NCBI GenBank assembly: GCA_001179505.1
Contig: CDMY01000278.1
Span: 62,001-126,000, forward strand
Reading direction: 5' to 3'
Length of the DNA: 64,000 nucleotides
DNA from: Vitrella brassicaformis CCMP3155
Taxonomy: Eukaryota; Protista; Chromerida
Made by a program: the position numbers and the translations under genes. Of this stretch, positions 49,505-63,268 are shown piece by piece (within the stretch, counting starts at the first letter, position 1; every line of letters starts with the position of its first letter). The notes beneath the pieces are model-generated. The model had not been told where the DNA came from. It was given only the letters and a program-made list of their open reading frames with translations, and made no database searches.

Positions 49505-52390
49505 CCTGCCCCCTGCAGGCCTTCCGCGGCCCAATACTGTGCCTCTCAAGATCACATGAGATGAGCGCTGGTGTGTGCGTGTGTGGGTGTGTATGGTTTG
49601 TCTGATGCCTGTGTGCATCTCTGTTAACCACCCAACTGTGTGCTGTTGCGATTTGCGGGGTTTAATTGTAGACACACAGAGAGAGAGGTCAGACAGACAG
49701 ACAGACAGACAGACGGACATAAACCACTCACACACACACACAAACGGGTCCATTCGTGGGTTCGTTCCTTCGCCTGCACTGTCTCTCTCTCTTGCAATTG
49801 ACCCACACACACTCACACACACACCAGCGAACGAACAAACCGACGCAGTCAGGACACACACACGGAGGGGCAAAGAGAGAGAGAGGGGGGATTTCATCCC
49901 GCAATGCAATCATCTGATCAATCAGGCGATCAGTAGGAGAGGCCGACGACACCGCATCACATCACACGCACCATGCACTGCACCATCCGTCCATCCCATC
50001 TCCCATCCACCGTGCAGACGTACTGATTTCTGAACACTACACTCACCTGCTGCCCACCGCCCCTGCCTGCCTCGCTGCCTGCCTGCCTCGCTGTCTGCCT
50101 TGCTGGGCTATCTATGCTATCTATCATCGCCGTGTACACACACGATCATCGACAAGACATCCTCTTGGATGTCTGGATGGCATCCATCCATCCATCCATC
50201 AGTTCATGGCTATGACTATCCACTTACCCACACCCTCCCTCTTACCACCTGTCTGTCCACCTGCCTGTCGGGCGTCCCCCGAAAGCGCAATCCCTACCGC
50301 ACACACGTCATTAATTCACATAGACGCACTCACACACACACACACACACAGAGGGTGGGTATACGGGAGGCCATCGCCGGCCGTCACGGAGAGGGAGAGA
50401 GTGAGAAGGGGAGAGGAGGCAAAAGGGACCGACCGATCAGGCAGGAGAGGCAGAGAGGGAGGGAGTGACCTCAGCTACGAGGCTAGGCTAGGCTAGGCAA
50501 AGCAAGCAAGGCAGCCATCGACCAAAAGACAGCCATCACACACACACACACACACACCCCACACGAGAGAGAGGATGGCATGGCGATGGTATGGCATCAT
50601 GCTGTTTGGTGGTGTGGTAAGGTGCGGTGTGGTGCCATCCCATCACCAACACGCCGACAGACAAACAAGAAGGCATAGCACCATACGATGACACGCTGCA
50701 AGGCAAGGCAAGGCAAATCAAAAACGACAAGGACACCAACGAACCCATCGACAGCCAGTCGACGTTGGGCCACAAGACAAGGCAAGCGGATCGGATCGAC
50801 AGACACACCAGGCAGGCAGGCAGGCAAACAGCCAGGAGGCCATTCAGGCAGGTATCTATCTCGCTGCCGTTCATGTCACTGTAACACCGAATGGAAAGTT
50901 CTGGTCGTCTCTACACACAAACGTACATCAATCACGATATATCGCGGTGAGGCAGGCAGGCAGGCAGGCAGACAGCAGGTCGCGAGTGAAAGAGTGAATT
51001 GAATTACACAATAGAAAACGATCCATCCATCATGGCGCCCAGTGAGCGCGTGTGTTGTGCCTCCCCCCCGCCCTCCCTCCCTCCCTCCCTCCCTCCCGTC
51101 CTTGCTAATGGCAGCTAATGCGGTGCCCTCTTCTTTTCTGTCCGCGTTTCTCTCTCTGGTCCGGCTGCGTAGCGTGCCTCCTTCCACCGATTTCAGCTAT
51201 CCCTCCTTGCTGTCTGGCCAGCTGTGCCCAAGGGGATTCGAATCGCCCCGACACAGCTAGGTAGGCATCAAGAAGCCATAGATAGAATCGATGGAAGCCA
51301 AGCGGCAGCAGTTAGTTGAGCCGAGTCGCCATGGCATCAGCCAGTCAGTTCATCATACCAGCCAGCATTACACAGTCAGCAGCATGGGCGAGGCGAGTGA
51401 GCGAGAGGTCTTCTTTGGATACAAAAGAGTCAATCATCCACAGAGACAGAGACAGAGAGAGAGAGAGACCTTCCCCTGCCCCTGCCCCACCCCACGACAG
51501 CCCACGACATCTGCCTGTGCACCAACCTTTACACACGCATCACGTCACGTCACGCTGCAAGCATTCATTCCATTGCACTGTACTCCATGGACACTCCCCA
51601 CAGCACAACACCCCTCACCCCCGAAGACGCGTCAGAAAGTGCCTCACACATGGATGAGTGTAGTATGCCTGGTCAGGATCGATCGGTGGGTCGGTCATCG
51701 GCTGGCTGTTCCTCTACTCACTCACTCAGTTACTTATCATGATCATCTAGCTCATCTGGTGTCTACACAATGCTGCACTGTCTGTCTGTCTGCCTGTCTG
51801 TCGGTCGGTCGGCGGTGTTACGCTTCCTCTCTCCAGCCACCAAGTAAGTCATGACGCTGTTAATTGCTCTGACGTCATTTCCGTAGGTATCATTAGACCA
51901 GCGAACGAACGAACGAACCTTCCTCCCTCGCTCTCTCCCACTCACTCAGAGATGGACAAAAAGAAAGCCAGTCTGTCTGTGAGGGTGGGTGTGCACCTGG
52001 CTTGCTGTGTGCGTGTGTCTGTGTGTGTGTGTGGAGTGGCAAGCTACGATAAACTACAAGGGAAGGAGAGGCCGGGCAAGGGAGAGGGAGGGAGGGAAGG
52101 AGGGAGGGAGGGGGAGGCAGAGTGTGGGCAGGCATCTACCTTGTGCACTCTCTCACACACACACGTCTTGTCTTTCTCAGATTCTCTCTCGTGCGATCGC
52201 ATCCAACGACAAGAGATAGCTAGACGATGGGCGGCCAGGCAGACACATATTCAGGCAGGCAGGCAGGTGGGCACGCCCCCACCGTGGGTACGGCAGATGC
52301 TCTAACTAACTGACTCCCTCCCCTCCACGCATCAATCACATCATTCCTTTCTCCGCTACTTTTAACCTTAAAAGACAGCCGCCCCACGCC
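49500..52390. repeat. Microsatellite-rich non-coding tract ((CA)n, (GACA)n, (ATCC)n, (GGCA)n, (CCCT)n); probably PUF 3' UTR plus intergenic DNA
   Basis: Only repeat-derived ORFs (HTHT, VCVC, PSIH). The same simple repeats fill introns throughout the window. Confidence 0.7.
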
Positions 52391-52397
52391 ACGCCCG

Positions 52398-55300
52398 TCA
52401 AGTCATGCCGTTGAGCTGCCCGTGTGCATGAGCAGCATAGCCATAATAACCGTGGTGCACCGGGGGATGGTGCACCCCCACCCCCACCCCCACACCCACG
52501 CCGCCCGTCTGCGCGCCAGCGGCCAAGACAGAACCGCCGTAGCCCCCAGCACCGTGACCATACGCACCAGCAGCAGCACCGTACATGCCCATGCCCATGT
52601 GCTGTCCGGGTGGCGGGTGCACACCGTGGCCACCGTGAAGGTGGGCATACTCGTATGGGGCTGTGTGGGAGTGATGGGCCGCAGGGGGCAGGCTCACGCT
52701 TACACCCACGCTCGGCGGCCACTGGTGACCACCGTGATGTGGTGGCAAGAAGGGCTCGTTGACGGCCTGTGCGTGCGGGAGTGCGTGTGGGTGTGGGCGT
52801 TGTTGATGTTGCTGATGATGCTGCTGTTGCTGATGCGGATGGGGGACCATGGGCGGGGTGTGCTGCGGGTGGTGGTGCCCGTGCTGGACCATTCCCTCCC
52901 CTCCTCCCACTGCTGCTGCCCTGTGTGGGTGGGCATGTGTGTGAGGGGCTATGGGGGCCGACGATGGGAGGGGTGAGTGGAAGGGGTTGAGGTGGGGCGG
53001 CAGGTTCTTGCTCGCACGGTCCAGTGCCGCCACGATGTGCTTGCCTGTCAGTAGGCAGACAGGACAGGACAGGCACCATCAGCTTCCCCACCATGCCATG
53101 GCATGGCGGCGGAGTATGTGTGTGTTTGCTCGTCTAGTCTACCGTAAGTGAATTTCTTGAGTGTCGTCAGCTGCTCCCGAAGGCGCGCGAAGAGGACCTC
53201 ACGGTTGCGACCTGACCCACAGCACAGCGCACACACACACACGGGCGTGTGTGAAGTGGATGGATGAACAAGCCTCACGCACCGGAAGCGATTTCGATCA
53301 TCCTCTGCACGACGTAGTTTGCGTATCGGTCCCTCATCATGGCGTACAGCGGCGCGCCGGTCGCATGGGCAACGTAATGATGACTGCATAGCCACGCGCA
53401 CACACACGCGTGTGCATCAGATTCCTTGTGTGTGCCTGTGTGTGTCTTTGTTTGTTTACCCATCTGTGCCTGCTGCAGGTTCGCCGAGTGCTGCAGAGAT
53501 GAGGTGCTGCTTCTGGTACTCCTCGGCGAAGTGCAACGCCTTCTCGACCACATTGCTGAAGCGAAGCGCACCATAGACACACAGAGGCACAGAGAGACAC
53601 ACACAGAGAGACGATGGAATGATGCGTGCCGTGTGTGTGTGGAGAGATAGGCTTCCAGTGTACCTGGCGAACTTGTGAGTGCTGAGGTTGAGCATGTTGG
53701 CGCGCAGCTCGTCGATGATCGCCCTGCAGATGACACGCCACACACGAACAGAGGTGCAGTGCAGGGCAGTGCAGTGCCTGAGGAGCGAGGGAGGGGGGGA
53801 GGGGTGGAGGGCTGACCCTTTTCGCTCTGGCTTGCCGTGCTGCATGATGTGCTGTATGACGTAGTTGCCATACTGGTCGGCACACAGCTGCACGATCACC
53901 TCCTTGCGCAACACCTCATCCAGCAACGGCTCCTGTGTGACACAAAGGACGCCAGCCAAACATCACAATCACACCACACACAGGGGAAGGGAACGGATTG
54001 CCGTGCCCTGTCCCTGGTCCGTTCGGTGTGTCCGTCCCTACTATCTGGGAAGGTCCGCAGTACTCGAGCAGCCTCTGAATCACTCGGCACCCATAGCAGT
54101 GGACCGACATCCGCTGCACCTGCACCGACACAGGAAGTATAGAGAGAAATGGGTGGAGAGGGAGAGGGAGAGGGGGAGGGGGAGGGGGAGGGGGAGGGGG
54201 GGCCAGGTTACCTGTCCCTTGAAGGCATCTACGATGAACTGTATCCTCTCTGGCGGCATGCGCTCGATGCACTTCTGGATGACATGGTTGCCGTTCTGGT
54301 CCTCGATGCACTTGATGACGTGGTGCTTCAGCTCGCCAACCAGCAGCACCTGCTGCTCTACCGTGACGGACTGACAACAAGGGAGACACACAGAGGGAGG
54401 GAGGGAGGGAGGGTGGTAAGTGTGTGTGTGTGTGAGTGTGTCTGTGGTGTGTGGGTGTACCTCTAGGGCCTTTTGGATAACTCTGCAGCCATACATCTGC
54501 AGTGAGAGGCGGAACACGTCTCCCACCAGCTGCTCTGCCAGAATCCTCTTCTGCTCCTCCGTCCCTTCACACACCCAACACCCACACGCAAGTCAGTGAT
54601 TGACCCTTACACCGGACCGGCTGCGTAGGTCAGGTCCCTACCAACTTCAAAGAACTTTTGGATGACGTAGTTGCCAAACGCGTCGGTGGTCAGCCGCGTG
54701 GCCTCCGACAGGAGGCCCATAAACACCATCTGCTTCTCGTCCTCACTGCAGGTCTGCACACGCACACCCACAGCCATCCCATCCACCCGACCCTCCTCCC
54801 CTCTCTCCCTCTCCCCTTCCCCCGCCACCCACCTCAAGCCTTTGTTGGATGAATCTGCTGCCGTACTGGTCCTGAGCGAATTCGACAAGGTGCTGCTGAA
54901 TGTCTTCAAGCTCGAACCGCCGCGCGCCGGCCCTAAATTCCTCCAGCAGCGGCGAGGCGCCCTCTGGCAGGGGCGTGGGCGTCTCCTGCTCGGGGTACCG
55001 CACAAAGGGGTTGGTCGGAGGGGTGCCGCTGCACCGCACCATCGACCACACACAGAGAGAGACAGGCGAGGGATCATGTCTTGTCTTGCGCGATGTGATG
55101 GGGCTGTGTGTGTGAGTGTGGGGGCCGACCGTTTCTTCTTGGCTGATCCGATGCTCATGGTGGTACTGCTGCCGTCCATCGGGGGAGGGGTGGTGGCGTG
55201 CGTGGGGGGCCGGCCGTACTGGTGCTGGTGCTGGTTGTGGTGGGGATGGTGGGCGTAGTAGGGAGGGGTGGGCGGCCGAGGCGGCCACCCTGACGAAGAT

Positions 55301-55706
55301 GCCGCCGCGTGTGTGCCGTCTGCCACACACCACACACACAGAGAGAGAACGCACAGTCTTTGTTCGTTCCTGTGTCTAGCGGCTTGCTCGCTCACTGTAA
55401 AAGGTTTGTGTCTGGTTGTGAGGTGGAGGGGGGGGCTGTGGCTGTGGCTGTGACGGCGTGAGAGGCCTCTGCGCGCCCTTGGCCATGTCAAACTCGCCAC
55501 CACCACCCACAAGTGCCGCCTGGCTGTGGGGAGGCAGCGGGATGGGCGGCGACAATGAGGGGGGAGGGGGGAACGTGCTGACACACACACACACATACAC
55601 ACACAAGTCGAGTGAGACGTGTGATGTATGTCGCTTACTTTGCCCCCGGCCTTAGCGGGACGGTCGCGTCGATGGTGGTCTTCTGGGGGGGCGGGGGGCC
55701 GGGACT

Positions 55707-55739
<33 letters not shown>

Positions 55740-58700
55740 GTGCTGGTGCTGGTGCTGTGGTTGTGGCTGCACCGGTGGGCTGGCCATGCCCCCTCCCTGC
55801 CCCTGCCCCTGCTGCTGCTGCTGCTGCTGGCTGGCATCTCCGCCAGACTGATGTGGCTGTGGCGTGCCGCCCTCACTCGGTTCTGCGGGGGGCTTAGACG
55901 GCGAGTGGGTGGTAGTGGTGGTGTGGGCAGCCGACCGCTGCTGTTGTTGCTGCTGTTGCTGCTGCTGGAGCATGTTCATGTGCTGGAGGTTCATCATGAC
56001 GTTGACCATGTTGGGCGGGAACATGGTGTGGGCGTGTTGTGGAGGCGGCGGCTGGTGCTTCTGCGCCTGTGCGGCCAGCTGCTGCTGCATGGCGTAGAAG
56101 ATCATGGCATAGGCGCCGAACTGCTCCTGCATCGACTGCAGGGCCTGGGGCGTCACATTGGACGGCAGACTCGACATAAAGTGCCCGAGCCGCTCCTGCA
56201 GGGCCTTGGGGTCGTTGAAGCTTGCAGTGTCCATCCCGCCCATGACGCGCTGCATGGCCTTCTCCCAACTGCTGAGGGCCGCCTGGGGGTCGACGGGCTC
56301 TGTGCTGCCGTCGGGGGGCGTTGTGGTGGCGGCAGTGTCGTCAGAGGCGCTCAACGGCTGACGGATTGATTGACAAGACAGGCGATGCGTGTGTGGCTCG
56401 GGCTTCGGTGGTGATGTGATGTGATGTGATGGTTCTTTGCGTTTTCAGCTTACCTGTGTGGGCGTGGTGCCGTCTGCGCTGCTGAGGTGGGTCGTCAGGT
56501 TGGCCGCTGAAGATGCGTTCAGCGGGCCGAACTGCCCCGGAACACCTGACAGACAGACAGACAGACACCAGACAGACAAGAGGGGAGGCGTCACGTCACG
56601 GCTGTCCGTGTGTGGTGTGGTTCTGACTTGTCCCGTCTCGACTCACCCATGAAGGCCGACGGCCACACAGAGCCCATCGCATTCGGCGTGGGGGTCGTTG
56701 CGCTAGCCACTCCCTGCACACACACACCGCACCGCCCACACCACTCACACACTTGCACGTCACGTCTGTCTCACGCCACGCCCATCCATCCATCCATCCA
56801 TCCATCCTCACCTCCTTGCCCCCGTCGGATGCACTGGAGCTCCCCCCCGGCCCGTTGCCCGTCGGTGTGCCCCCGGTGCCGGTGCTGGGCGTGCCACCGT
56901 TGACGTTGCTGCCCCCGCCCCCGCCGGCAGCGATGTTCTGGTGGGCCATGACGGCGTTCATGAAGAATGGGTTCATGTTGAGCGGCATCCCTGCTGCACC
57001 CATGCCTGCACCCATGTTGGCCGCCAGGAGGTTCATGTTGGCCAGTGCGTTGGCCTGCTGCTGGGAGCTGGTGGCGGCGAGCATGTTGGGGTGGTTGGGG
57101 ATGGCGAAGGGCGTGGGGAAGGGCAGGGAGGGCAGGGGGGAGGATGACGACAGCATGCCGCTGCTGCTGCTGCTGCCGGTGGTTGCTCCTGGGGCAGTGG
57201 CGGAGCTCCCTGCCGCTTGTGGAGGGTTGCTGGTGGTGGTGGTGGTGCTGCCCTGCTGTGGGTTTGCGGCACTGACGGTCGTTGCCGTGGTCGACGTGGC
57301 AGTCACCGTCTCGCCCGGGGTGCCTGGCCTCTGCCCCTGCTGCTGCTCGCCGTCCTTGCCCACCACCCCATCACCACCTCCGCCACCACCACCACCGAGT
57401 GCCATGCTACTAAACGGCCCACCACCCAGAATGGCCGCAACGCCGTCACTCGCCCCCTCTCCACTCACACCCTCTCCCTTGCCAGCGGCATCGCCGTCGC
57501 TACCCGGTGTGGGTGTGAGTGTGGGCATGGCACTGGACGATTTGACGCTGTTGGGGACAGACGAAGGGGCGGCGTTGGGCGGGCTCGGGGTGAGGGCCGC
57601 CCCTGCAGCTGAAGGTGCGGCGGGTGCTGAGGCGGGTGCTGCTGGTGATGCGTTTGCGTTGGGTCGCCCGCCGGATGATGGGCCGAATGGGTGTGCGCCG
57701 AGGATGGCGTCTGCCGATGACTTGTTCTCGTCATGCTCGCTGATCGACTCGAACCGCGGCCGTCGGTCGTCCCAAGAGGGGAATATACCGAACCTGACAC
57801 ACACGCAGCACAACACAGCAGGGCCACCATCCTTCCATCTCCCGCCCTCCCTCCCTCTTTATTTGACTCACTTGGTGTTCTGGTAGTTGTAGACGGGCGA
57901 TGGCGTGCGTGGCCAGTCCTCCTGCTGCGCCCAGGCGTTGGGGGTGGGCGGACTAGACGAGGGGCCCCCGCCGATGATACCGGGATTGTTGTTGCCCACG
58001 CTGCTGTTGCTCCCCGGCTGGCTCGGTAGCAGCGCCCCCGACGGATCCACGATCTGGTGGCTCTCGAGGTCCAGGTGAAGGGACTGTGGTGGGGTGGACC
58101 ACACAGACAGAACGGCACAGAATGGGAGCGTGGTGCTGTGGCTGTGGCTGTGGCTGTGTGTGGGAGCCCGATTGCTTACCTGTGTGATTTTGGGGTTGTC
58201 GACGCTGGTGGTGGTGGTGTCCCCGCGAAGCTCCTGGTCTGACATGGCCGTGAGCGAATTCGACCGCAACCTATTCGGCGGACTCTGCAGACACTCACAC
58301 AGACAGACAGGAAACATAGCCATCCATCATTGGAACGGTCACACAAACCAACACCCACCCCATCCATCTCTTACCGGCCCGCTTGCTTACCGGCATATTC
58401 GCCCCGTCTGCCGTGCCACTAGTGACCCCCAGCAGCGCCCCCGAGAAGAATGACCTGCTGTTGGCGTCGTTGCCGCCCCCTCGGCTGTCGTCCCCTCCCC
58501 GCCCAGGGTCATCAGGGAGGGGAAACCGGGCGCCGCCCCAATGGCCGGGGGAAAACGCACCCAACGCACCCGCCAACATCTGCACACACCATGTATAGCA
58601 CCCCACACCGGCCCACCCAGAGAGAGTGTGTCCAGCCCAGCGATTGGGGAGTGGGTGAGTGAGAGAGTGGATGTGATGTGATGTGTACCTGTTCCCTTAA

Positions 58701-59093
58701 AGACGGCGGTGCGGACTGACATCCCTCCCTCTGCGCGTTGCCGCCCCCCTCCCCCCTCCCCCCCGCCACTGTGGCCTCCAGGGCGTTGTCCATCGCCGCC
58801 GTGGGCGAGCCGGGCATGCTGTCGTCAGAGAACAGCAGCGACCGCACGATCGAGTTGGGCACATTGCCGTCACACTCGGTGTCGCCCTGGTGGTCGGCGT
58901 CGCCGTCAGCCACGCCGGGTGGTCCATCGCCACTCACACCATCGGCAGGGCTGTCCGTGGCTGCTGGGGTGAGCTTCCCATCTGTGTTTGCGGCAGTGCT
59001 GGTGCTGGTGTGTGTGGAGTGGTCGGGCTGCTCGGAGTTGGGCTGCTGTGGCTCTTCGGAGGGGAGAGAGGGCGGCTGGCTGCCCTTGCTCAT
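52398..59093 (-). CDS. PUF: Pumilio/PUF RNA-binding protein with long low-complexity N-terminus and His-rich C-terminal tail
   Basis: Eight PUF repeats: [72 protein letters not shown], then TLKKFTYG. The 5'-most exons are joined by inference. Confidence 0.95.
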
Positions 59094-59911
59094 GTCGTGT
59101 GTGGTCATCTGTTCGGGCGACCAACCCTGAAGGAAGACACGCGGTGGGGGATGGTTGGCTGTTTCCCTGCCGCCTTTCGTGTGTGCCGACCGACCTTGTC
59201 AGGCAAAGACGCGGTGCGGTCCCTCAGACAGAGTTAAACCCACCCTGCGCTGCACAAAAAACAGAAACAAAACAAAACACACACAAAGAGAATTGGGTGA
59301 AGCGAGGCCGTCACAGACACACTCAGGAGACACAAAGTCTGCCGACCTGGGTGCGTGTGGCACTCAGAACAGCCCACGGCCACGCCTCTGACGCTCCCCT
59401 CGTGGAGCTGGCCTGCCTCCCTGCCGCAAACCCTCCCTCTCTGCCCGCCTGGCTGCCGTCGCAGATCCTCCCTGGCCGCCGGAGCAAACCCTCTGCCCGG
59501 CTCAGTGCAGTGCCCTCCTAGCCTGACTGCTGTGTTTCGCCGCTGCTCGTCTCACCTTTCAGCCGCGCCTCTCGTGAGCTGGTCGTTTGCAAGATGTCAG
59601 CATACTTTTTTGCCAAATCTGTAGACCCGATGTTCTGCTGTGCCTCAGGCTACGAAGCAACGTGAAGCTTGGAGTTTCTCGCTTCGGACTTCAAGCTCGC
59701 TTTTCCTCCCCGCGAGCTTTGGGGAGGGAGAGAGCCGTAGGCTTTTTCCCGTGAGTGTGAGGCGTTCTGTCGGCGTGTGTTGACACCCAAGTCCCTCCCG
59801 CGACCTTTCCCTTCCCTCCGTCTGCTCCGCCCTCGCCCTCTCTCGGCAGACAGCAGGTAGCCTACCGAGCCGACTCGTCCGCTCTCGCCAGCTAGGACAC
59901 AACACAGCACG

Positions 59912-60941
59912 ATGGCCGAGGACAAGCCGAAGATCAAGCTGCAGTCCCAGCAGGGCGACATCTACGAGGCAGATCAGCAGGTGGCTTGCATGTCCACCCT
60001 CATCAAGAACATGGTCGAAGGTGAGGGTACGTGGGAGGGGCGAGGAAGTGGCGTGTGTGGCGGGAGGGGGGAGGAGGGGAGGCGCCGGCATGCGAGACAC
60101 GGCTGTCGGTCGGTCGCTGTCACAGTGTTGTGTGTTGTGTCGCAGATTCGGGCAGTGAGGACGCCATCCCCCTGCCCAACGTCAAGACGGCCATCCTGCA
60201 GCGCGTGTTGCAGTACTGCGAGCACCACAAGGAGAACCCGCCCGAGGAGATCGCCAAGCCACTCAAATCCACCAACCTCGCCGAAGTCAGTCAGTGAGAG
60301 AGGGGGAGAGGGGGGGACCAGGAGAACTCATGTGTGTGCGGCATGGAAGTGTTGTGTTGTGTTGTGTGTGGTCACACAGGTTGTGTCTGAGTGGGATGCT
60401 GAGTTTGTGAACGTGGAGCAGGAGGTGCTGTTCGAGCTGATCCTGGTGAGTGAGCCAGAGCAGGCGGGATGGGATCGCCTTATTAACCACCACACACGCG
60501 TGTGATGTGATGATGTGTGATGTGTGTGTTGTGTTCAGGCGGCCAACTACCTGGACATCAAGCCTCTGCTGGACCTCACATGCGCCAAGGTCGCCAGCAT
60601 GATCAAGGTCACCATCACACCATGCCACATCACACCGCACCGGGCCACGCAATGCCACGCACAACACATGTGCGTGCGCTCTGTGTGTGTGTGTTATGTA
60701 TGTCCCAGGGTAAGACGCCCGAGGAGATTCGCAAGCAGTTCAACATTGTCAACGACTTCACACCCGAGGAGGAGGCGCAGGTACGGTACCTACACACACA
60801 CACACACACACATCCGTCTGTCTACCCATCCCTCCGTCTGACCATGTACCGTGGGTATGGTGTGGTGTGGTGTGGTGTGGTGTGTGTTGTGTGTCATGTC
60901 ACCAGGTGCGGGAGGAGAACAAGTGGTGTGAGGACGCGTGA
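59912..60941 (+). CDS. SKP1: SKP1, SCF ubiquitin ligase adaptor, 6 exons
   Basis: [82 protein letters not shown]. Confidence 0.98.
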
Positions 60942-62924
60942 GTGGACGAGCAGCCGGTTCTCTGGGTCAGTCACTGGCTCCGGCTCGGTTGCTCCGTTGC
61001 GCACAGACACATGTCAGACAGACAGACACGTACGTGAGTGAGTTTAACTTCCAGATGGATGGATGGACGGCCCGGCTGACGCGCCTACACACACACACAC
61101 ACACACATGCCATGCGTGCCGTTCGTGCTGCATGGATCGATGGATCGATGGATGGACAGACACGTCAAGTCTACTCACTCGCTCGGCCTGCCTGCCTATG
61201 TCTTTCACTATCTACCAGTTGTTCGTATGCCTTCACTCACTTGACGCATTTCATTTCTTCACTACCACTAACTATCTCTCTCTGCTTCCGTCCGTGTGTA
61301 AGATACAGTGATACAATGATACATACAATATGACTACTGACACGGGCAGGCAGGCAGGCCCCAACCTCTTGACAGAGAGGGAGGGTAGGGCAGGGCAGGG
61401 CAGGCAAGGGTGTCTGTCGATCGTATGTTGACGTGTGGTGTGGCGTTCTCACTCGCTCACTGCGGGCGCCAGGCGGTGCGGTCTGCTTGGACAACAGGTG
61501 TGCCTGCCCGACGGGCCGATGGTCGGTGCTGGTGGTGGTGGTGGTGGGATGGGCGGCGTGCCACGCTGTGGCTCGCTCCTCTCTCTCGCCTTTTTGCTCT
61601 CTGCTTTGCCCGGCCCGGCCCTGCCCTGCTGTGCTCTGCCTTTCTGACCACACAATCACCTTGCCTTCTCTCCCCTACTGCCTGCCTGCCTGCCTGCTTC
61701 TGTGCTATCCTGTGGTGTGTATGCTGCAGTTTTGCTCATCATCCGATCGGCCGCTGGTGTGGGGTGGAGCTGGGGGGTTTCCTGACGGATCTGGTACGGT
61801 GAGAGTGCCACTTCGGCTTTGGTGGCGCTTCCTCCGTTGCTGGGGGCGGCTGAAGACCCACCAGCAACGCACCCACACCATACACCTGTTATCACCCTCA
61901 CACATGGATTCACCGCGTTTGCCTGAGGTCGTTTATTTCTTTCCTGCACAGTCTCTCTGTGCCAGCGCGTTTGCGTGTGGTGATTTCGCTCGCTCCCTGA
62001 CGATGAGATGAGTCGATGAGGATTGTTTGTAAAGCTCCCACGCCGCACTTTCTTCTCACGCACGTCGTTGGTTGGTTTTGCGTCTTCTACACACCGGTAG
62101 ATGATGGAGGCAGGCAAGGCAAGGCAGTGGAGTGTGGTGTGTGCAAATGGGTGCGTGTGTGGTGACTTGTGTGTGCATCTGTGTGCATCTACCTGTGTCT
62201 ACCCACGGTGGCTGACTTATGGCTGATGAATGCATCTTATCTACCTTCTTACACACAAACGAATATGTCCCCTCCCCTCCCCTCTTTGTCTCATGAGATT
62301 TGAGCTGACAAACCCGCACCGCACTTAATGGCAGGCCATCGATGGATCTGATTCAGCTCATGGGAGTCGATCCATCCATCCATTCATCCGGCAATCCGTA
62401 CTCAGCTATCGTACACACCCCCATACACACACAGTCAGTCCATCCATTCATCCATCCATCCAGCCGCACTGCAGCGGTCAGTGAGTGAAATCAGCAAAGG
62501 GGGCCATCGACGGGGTAGCATGGCAAGCATGGCCACCTCTCCCTGCCATGACACGACACACCCTTCTGCAGATATCACTCACTCCGCCCACCCGCTGCAA
62601 GCAGGCAGTAAATAAGGCAAACTCAACTCATTCTACCCACAACGCAATGCAGCCGCGCTCAGCTCACTCAGCAACCGACCAAAGATCGAGGAGGCGGAAC
62701 TCTGGTGAGTGAGTGAGAATCGTGGGTGAGGTTGTGTGGTATGGTGTGGGTCATCGTCGATGGAGTGGCTGGCTGGCTCTGGCAGATGGGACAGGGTCGG
62801 TGCAATCATATCATCCGCCCCCCCGCCCGTCCTCCTGTCTGTCTGTCTGTTGAGTCACCACAACCACCCTGCATCACTCCATCCATCAAGGCATGCTGCT
62901 CTGATCTCCTTATCGATCTGCCCA

Positions 62925-62955
<31 letters not shown>

Positions 62956-63268
62956 CCACCCGTTCCCTCCCAGCATGCATAGACAGACAGACAGACAGAC
63001 CAAACCACTCCACATCTGCACAACACAACACAACACAGCTCACGCACGCTCCCCTCCCCTCCCCCAACTCTTCAGGCACACTTCAACAACGAGACGCGAC
63101 GGCCGTGGGAGAGAGAAGTAGAAAGTGAGTGTAAGGTGTGGTCTGTCTACGTGTGGGCACCGCAGCCGAGCTAACGTCAAAAGCAAAAGGGCTGCTGCGC
63201 TGCCGGGTGTGTGAAAGGTATCATGTCACAACGTGGTGGAATGGCGTGTGTGAGCGCTATCTTATCAG

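Noticed and set aside
49500-52390. Periodic repeats as a CRISPR-like array
   Set aside because: Only 2-5 nt microsatellites with no fixed repeat-spacer structure and no cas genes; eukaryotic context.
54160-54200. G-run tract (GGGGAG)n as a functional G-quadruplex
   Set aside because: It lies antisense within a PUF intron, where the sense strand is a pyrimidine-rich microsatellite like many others here. No specific support.
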